Assembly: GCA_963775425.1 (NCBI GenBank)
Contig: CAVZJB010000005.1
Span: 1-64,000 of the forward strand
Length of the DNA stretch: 64,000 nt
Direction: 5' to 3'
Source of the DNA: an uncultured delta proteobacterium
Lineage (GTDB): Bacteria; Myxococcota; UBA727; VGSZ01
Position 1 is the stretch's first letter. Every line of letters begins with the position of its first letter. Under the pieces are notes generated by a model that saw nothing but the letters and a program-made list of their open reading frames with translations, did not search any database and had not been told where the DNA came from. Shown one piece after another: positions 62,225 through 64,000 of this stretch. The translations under genes and the position numbers were made by a program.

Positions 62225-62983
62225 CTAGAGGTCGATGCGCTCGACCGGGGCCGGATCGCGGTGGGCCTTGACGCCCGTGAGCTTCTCGATGGCGCGCTCC
62301 ATCCCCGACCAGGCGCCGACCTTGGACATGAAGCCGTTCACCCAGCCCGTGGTGATGCAGTAGTGCGACTCATACGGGAAGGTGTGGTGGATCTGGTGGT
62401 GATCGCGCGGGAGGATCACGTGCTTGTCCTGCAGCCACGTGACCCACGCCGGCAGCTCCGCGGTGTGCGCCCACTTGTGGAACTGGTTGGTGGCGAAGGT
62501 GAAGATGGACGCGAACGTGATGAGCGAGACGAAGAAGAGGACGCCGGCGTTTTCGAAGTCGAGGGGCAGGAAGCAGAAGCACGCCAGGGGGATGACCGTG
62601 GCGAGGCAGTTGTTGCCGTTGGTCTCGACGAAGTCGTGGCGCGTGATGTCCTTGGGATCCACGTGGTGCATGCGGAAGGGCTTGACGAAGTTGGGCCCGA
62701 GCAGCGGCGTCTTGTCGGTGCCGTAGCGGTCGAAGCCCCAGTGGACCATGCCGCTGCCGAAGTCCGCGAGGACGTAGCCGGCGAGGAGCGCGATGGTGAC
62801 GGTGGCCGCGAGCCAGTGGCCGCGTGAGGTCTCGCCGACGGTGTAGGCGTCGCTGACGACGAGGATGAACCGGTAGACCAGCCAGCTCACCATGCTGTAC
62901 GCGGACGCAATGCCGAACATCTCCAGCATCCGGTGCCAGATGCTGTAGCCCTGCTGCTCCTCGACCTCGACACGCTCCGACAT
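62225..62983 (-). CDS. carF: CarF/TMEM189-family lipid desaturase (plasmanylethanolamine desaturase-like)
   Basis: ADFGSGMVHW..D, FRMHHVDP, ITRHDF.ETN, QFHKWAH, HHQIHH, YCITTGW. Confidence 0.88.
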   Translation of the reverse strand: MSERVEVEEQQGYSIWHRMLEMFGIASAYSMVSWLVYRFILVVSDAYTVGETSRGHWLAATVTIALLAGYVLADFGSGMVHWGFDRYGTDKTPLLGPNFVKPFRMHHVDPKDITRHDFVETNGNNCLATVIPLACFCFLPLDFENAGVLFFVSLITFASIFTFATNQFHKWAHTAELPAWVTWLQDKHVILPRDHHQIHHTFPYESHYCITTGWVNGFMSKVGAWSGMERAIEKLTGVKAHRDPAPVERIDL

Positions 62984-63116
62984 GCTGCGCTCCCGCCCCG
63001 CTCCAACCCCCGCGGTACCGAAAGTACGCGCGGGGGCAGCCGACGGATCAGACGACATTGCCCATCCGAAGGCAATCCATCGTCGTCGATGTCTGTCACG
63101 CACGTGTCACAGCGAC

Positions 63117-64000
63117 CTACGGATCACACTGCTCCAAGCAGGTGTCGACGGCGGCGGGCATCAGTTGCACCCCGCGCTCGCGAAGCCCCTGCAGCGTCTT
63201 CGCGCAGGGCGCGTCGCACCCCGGCAGAGCCCCGAGCTTCTTGGCGAAGGACCACGTCGACCAGGCCGGTTTCGCCGCCGGCCGCGCGCGGTGCTTCGGC
63301 CTGCGTTCGACATTCGACCTGGCGCGCGGCTTCTTGTCCGCCGCCTTGTTCCCGGCGCCCGTCGGCGTCGACGCCGTCGTGGGCGCCGCCGTCGTGGGCG
63401 GCGTCGTCGTGGGCGGCGTCGCGGCCGTCGCGGGCGCCGTCGTCGACGCGGGGGCCGTCGACGCGTTGGGGGCGCCGTCGCGGCCGTCGCGGCGGCCGTC
63501 GTCGTCGGCGGGCGCCGTCGTCGTCGTGGGCGCCGTCGTCGACGCGGGGGCCGTCGCGGTTGGGGGCGCCGTCGCCGTCGCGGCCGTCGCGGGCGCCGTC
63601 GTTGTGGGCGTCGTTGCGCTCGTCGCCGTCGCTGACGTCGCGCCGGCGTCCGGAGGCGCTCCGCCGGGGTGTCCCATCACCGACAGCGCGAGAAGCACGC
63701 CGGCGATCCCGATGGTGAGGCCGCCTGCGGCGGCGATGGCCGCCGGCTGCCAGCCGAGGGACACCGGCTTTTCCTCGGGGAGCTCGGCGCTGGTCTGGGT
63801 GACCGGCTCGCCGTCCTCGGGGAGCGCGCTGAGCGCGAGCTGGCCGAAGATGCGCAGCGACTCCTCGGTCTGCGCGCGATCGTCGACGAGCGCCTCGCGC
63901 ACGAAGCCCCGGAGCGACGAGCGCTCGGCGAAAGGGAAGCGCAGCTTGAGCACGCTGCGCAGCGCCTGCGCGAAGTCCCCGCACGACGAGAAGCGGTCTT
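63117..64000 (-). CDS. C-terminal part of a transmembrane Ser/Thr kinase (5' part outside the window)
   Basis: Frame open to the window end with DRFSSCGDFAQAL (end of kinase subdomain XI); TM helix; Thr/Ala/Pro linker; 4-Cys tail. Confidence 0.7.
   Translation of the reverse strand, partial: DRFSSCGDFAQALRSVLKLRFPFAERSSLRGFVREALVDDRAQTEESLRIFGQLALSALPEDGEPVTQTSAELPEEKPVSLGWQPAAIAAAGGLTIGIAGVLLALSVMGHPGGAPPDAGATSATATSATTPTTTAPATAATATAPPTATAPASTTAPTTTTAPADDDGRRDGRDGAPNASTAPASTTAPATAATPPTTTPPTTAAPTTASTPTGAGNKAADKKPRARSNVERRPKHRARPAAKPAWSTWSFAKKLGALPGCDAPCAKTLQGLRERGVQLMPAAVDTCLEQCDP

Overview
Very GC-rich bacterial chromosome segment, most likely from the Myxococcota/deltaproteobacterial lineage. 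This rests on several Ser/Thr kinases, an FHA-bEBP, a CarF-type desaturase, an OmpA/TSP3 protein and Cys-rich secreted proteins; it is inferred from gene content only. Positions 1-~3210 look like the right end of an island integrated at the 3' end of tRNA-Thr(CGT). It carries an McrC-like DUF2357/PD-(D/E)XK nuclease, an excisionase-like HTH gene, a DUF4258/MqsA-like toxin-antitoxin pair and arm-type direct repeats. The rest mixes housekeeping genes (pip, hinT, gatA, gatC, glnS, glgP, cysK, mutM, an rlmD-like gene, a Ski2-like helicase, tRNA-Lys(CTT)) with accessory envelope and signalling modules. Top candidates for something new: (1) a translationally coupled pair made of a GHKL-ATPase/TM/transglutaminase fusion and a degenerate GHKL paralogue; (2) a divergent C39-like peptidase next to a small amphipathic precursor-like protein; (3) a family of secreted Cys-rich proteins with variable (Gly-Glu)n linkers, two of which flank an FHA-bEBP lacking GAFTGA; (4) a PLD-Omp85-DKLGHF operon with identical 16-nt gene junctions; (5) a 112-bp MITE with a TAA duplication and a dispersed covarying hairpin; (6) an in-frame TGA splitting a kinase N-terminus; (7) signs of frequent leaderless transcription. 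All family calls come from motif recognition by eye; no searches were run.
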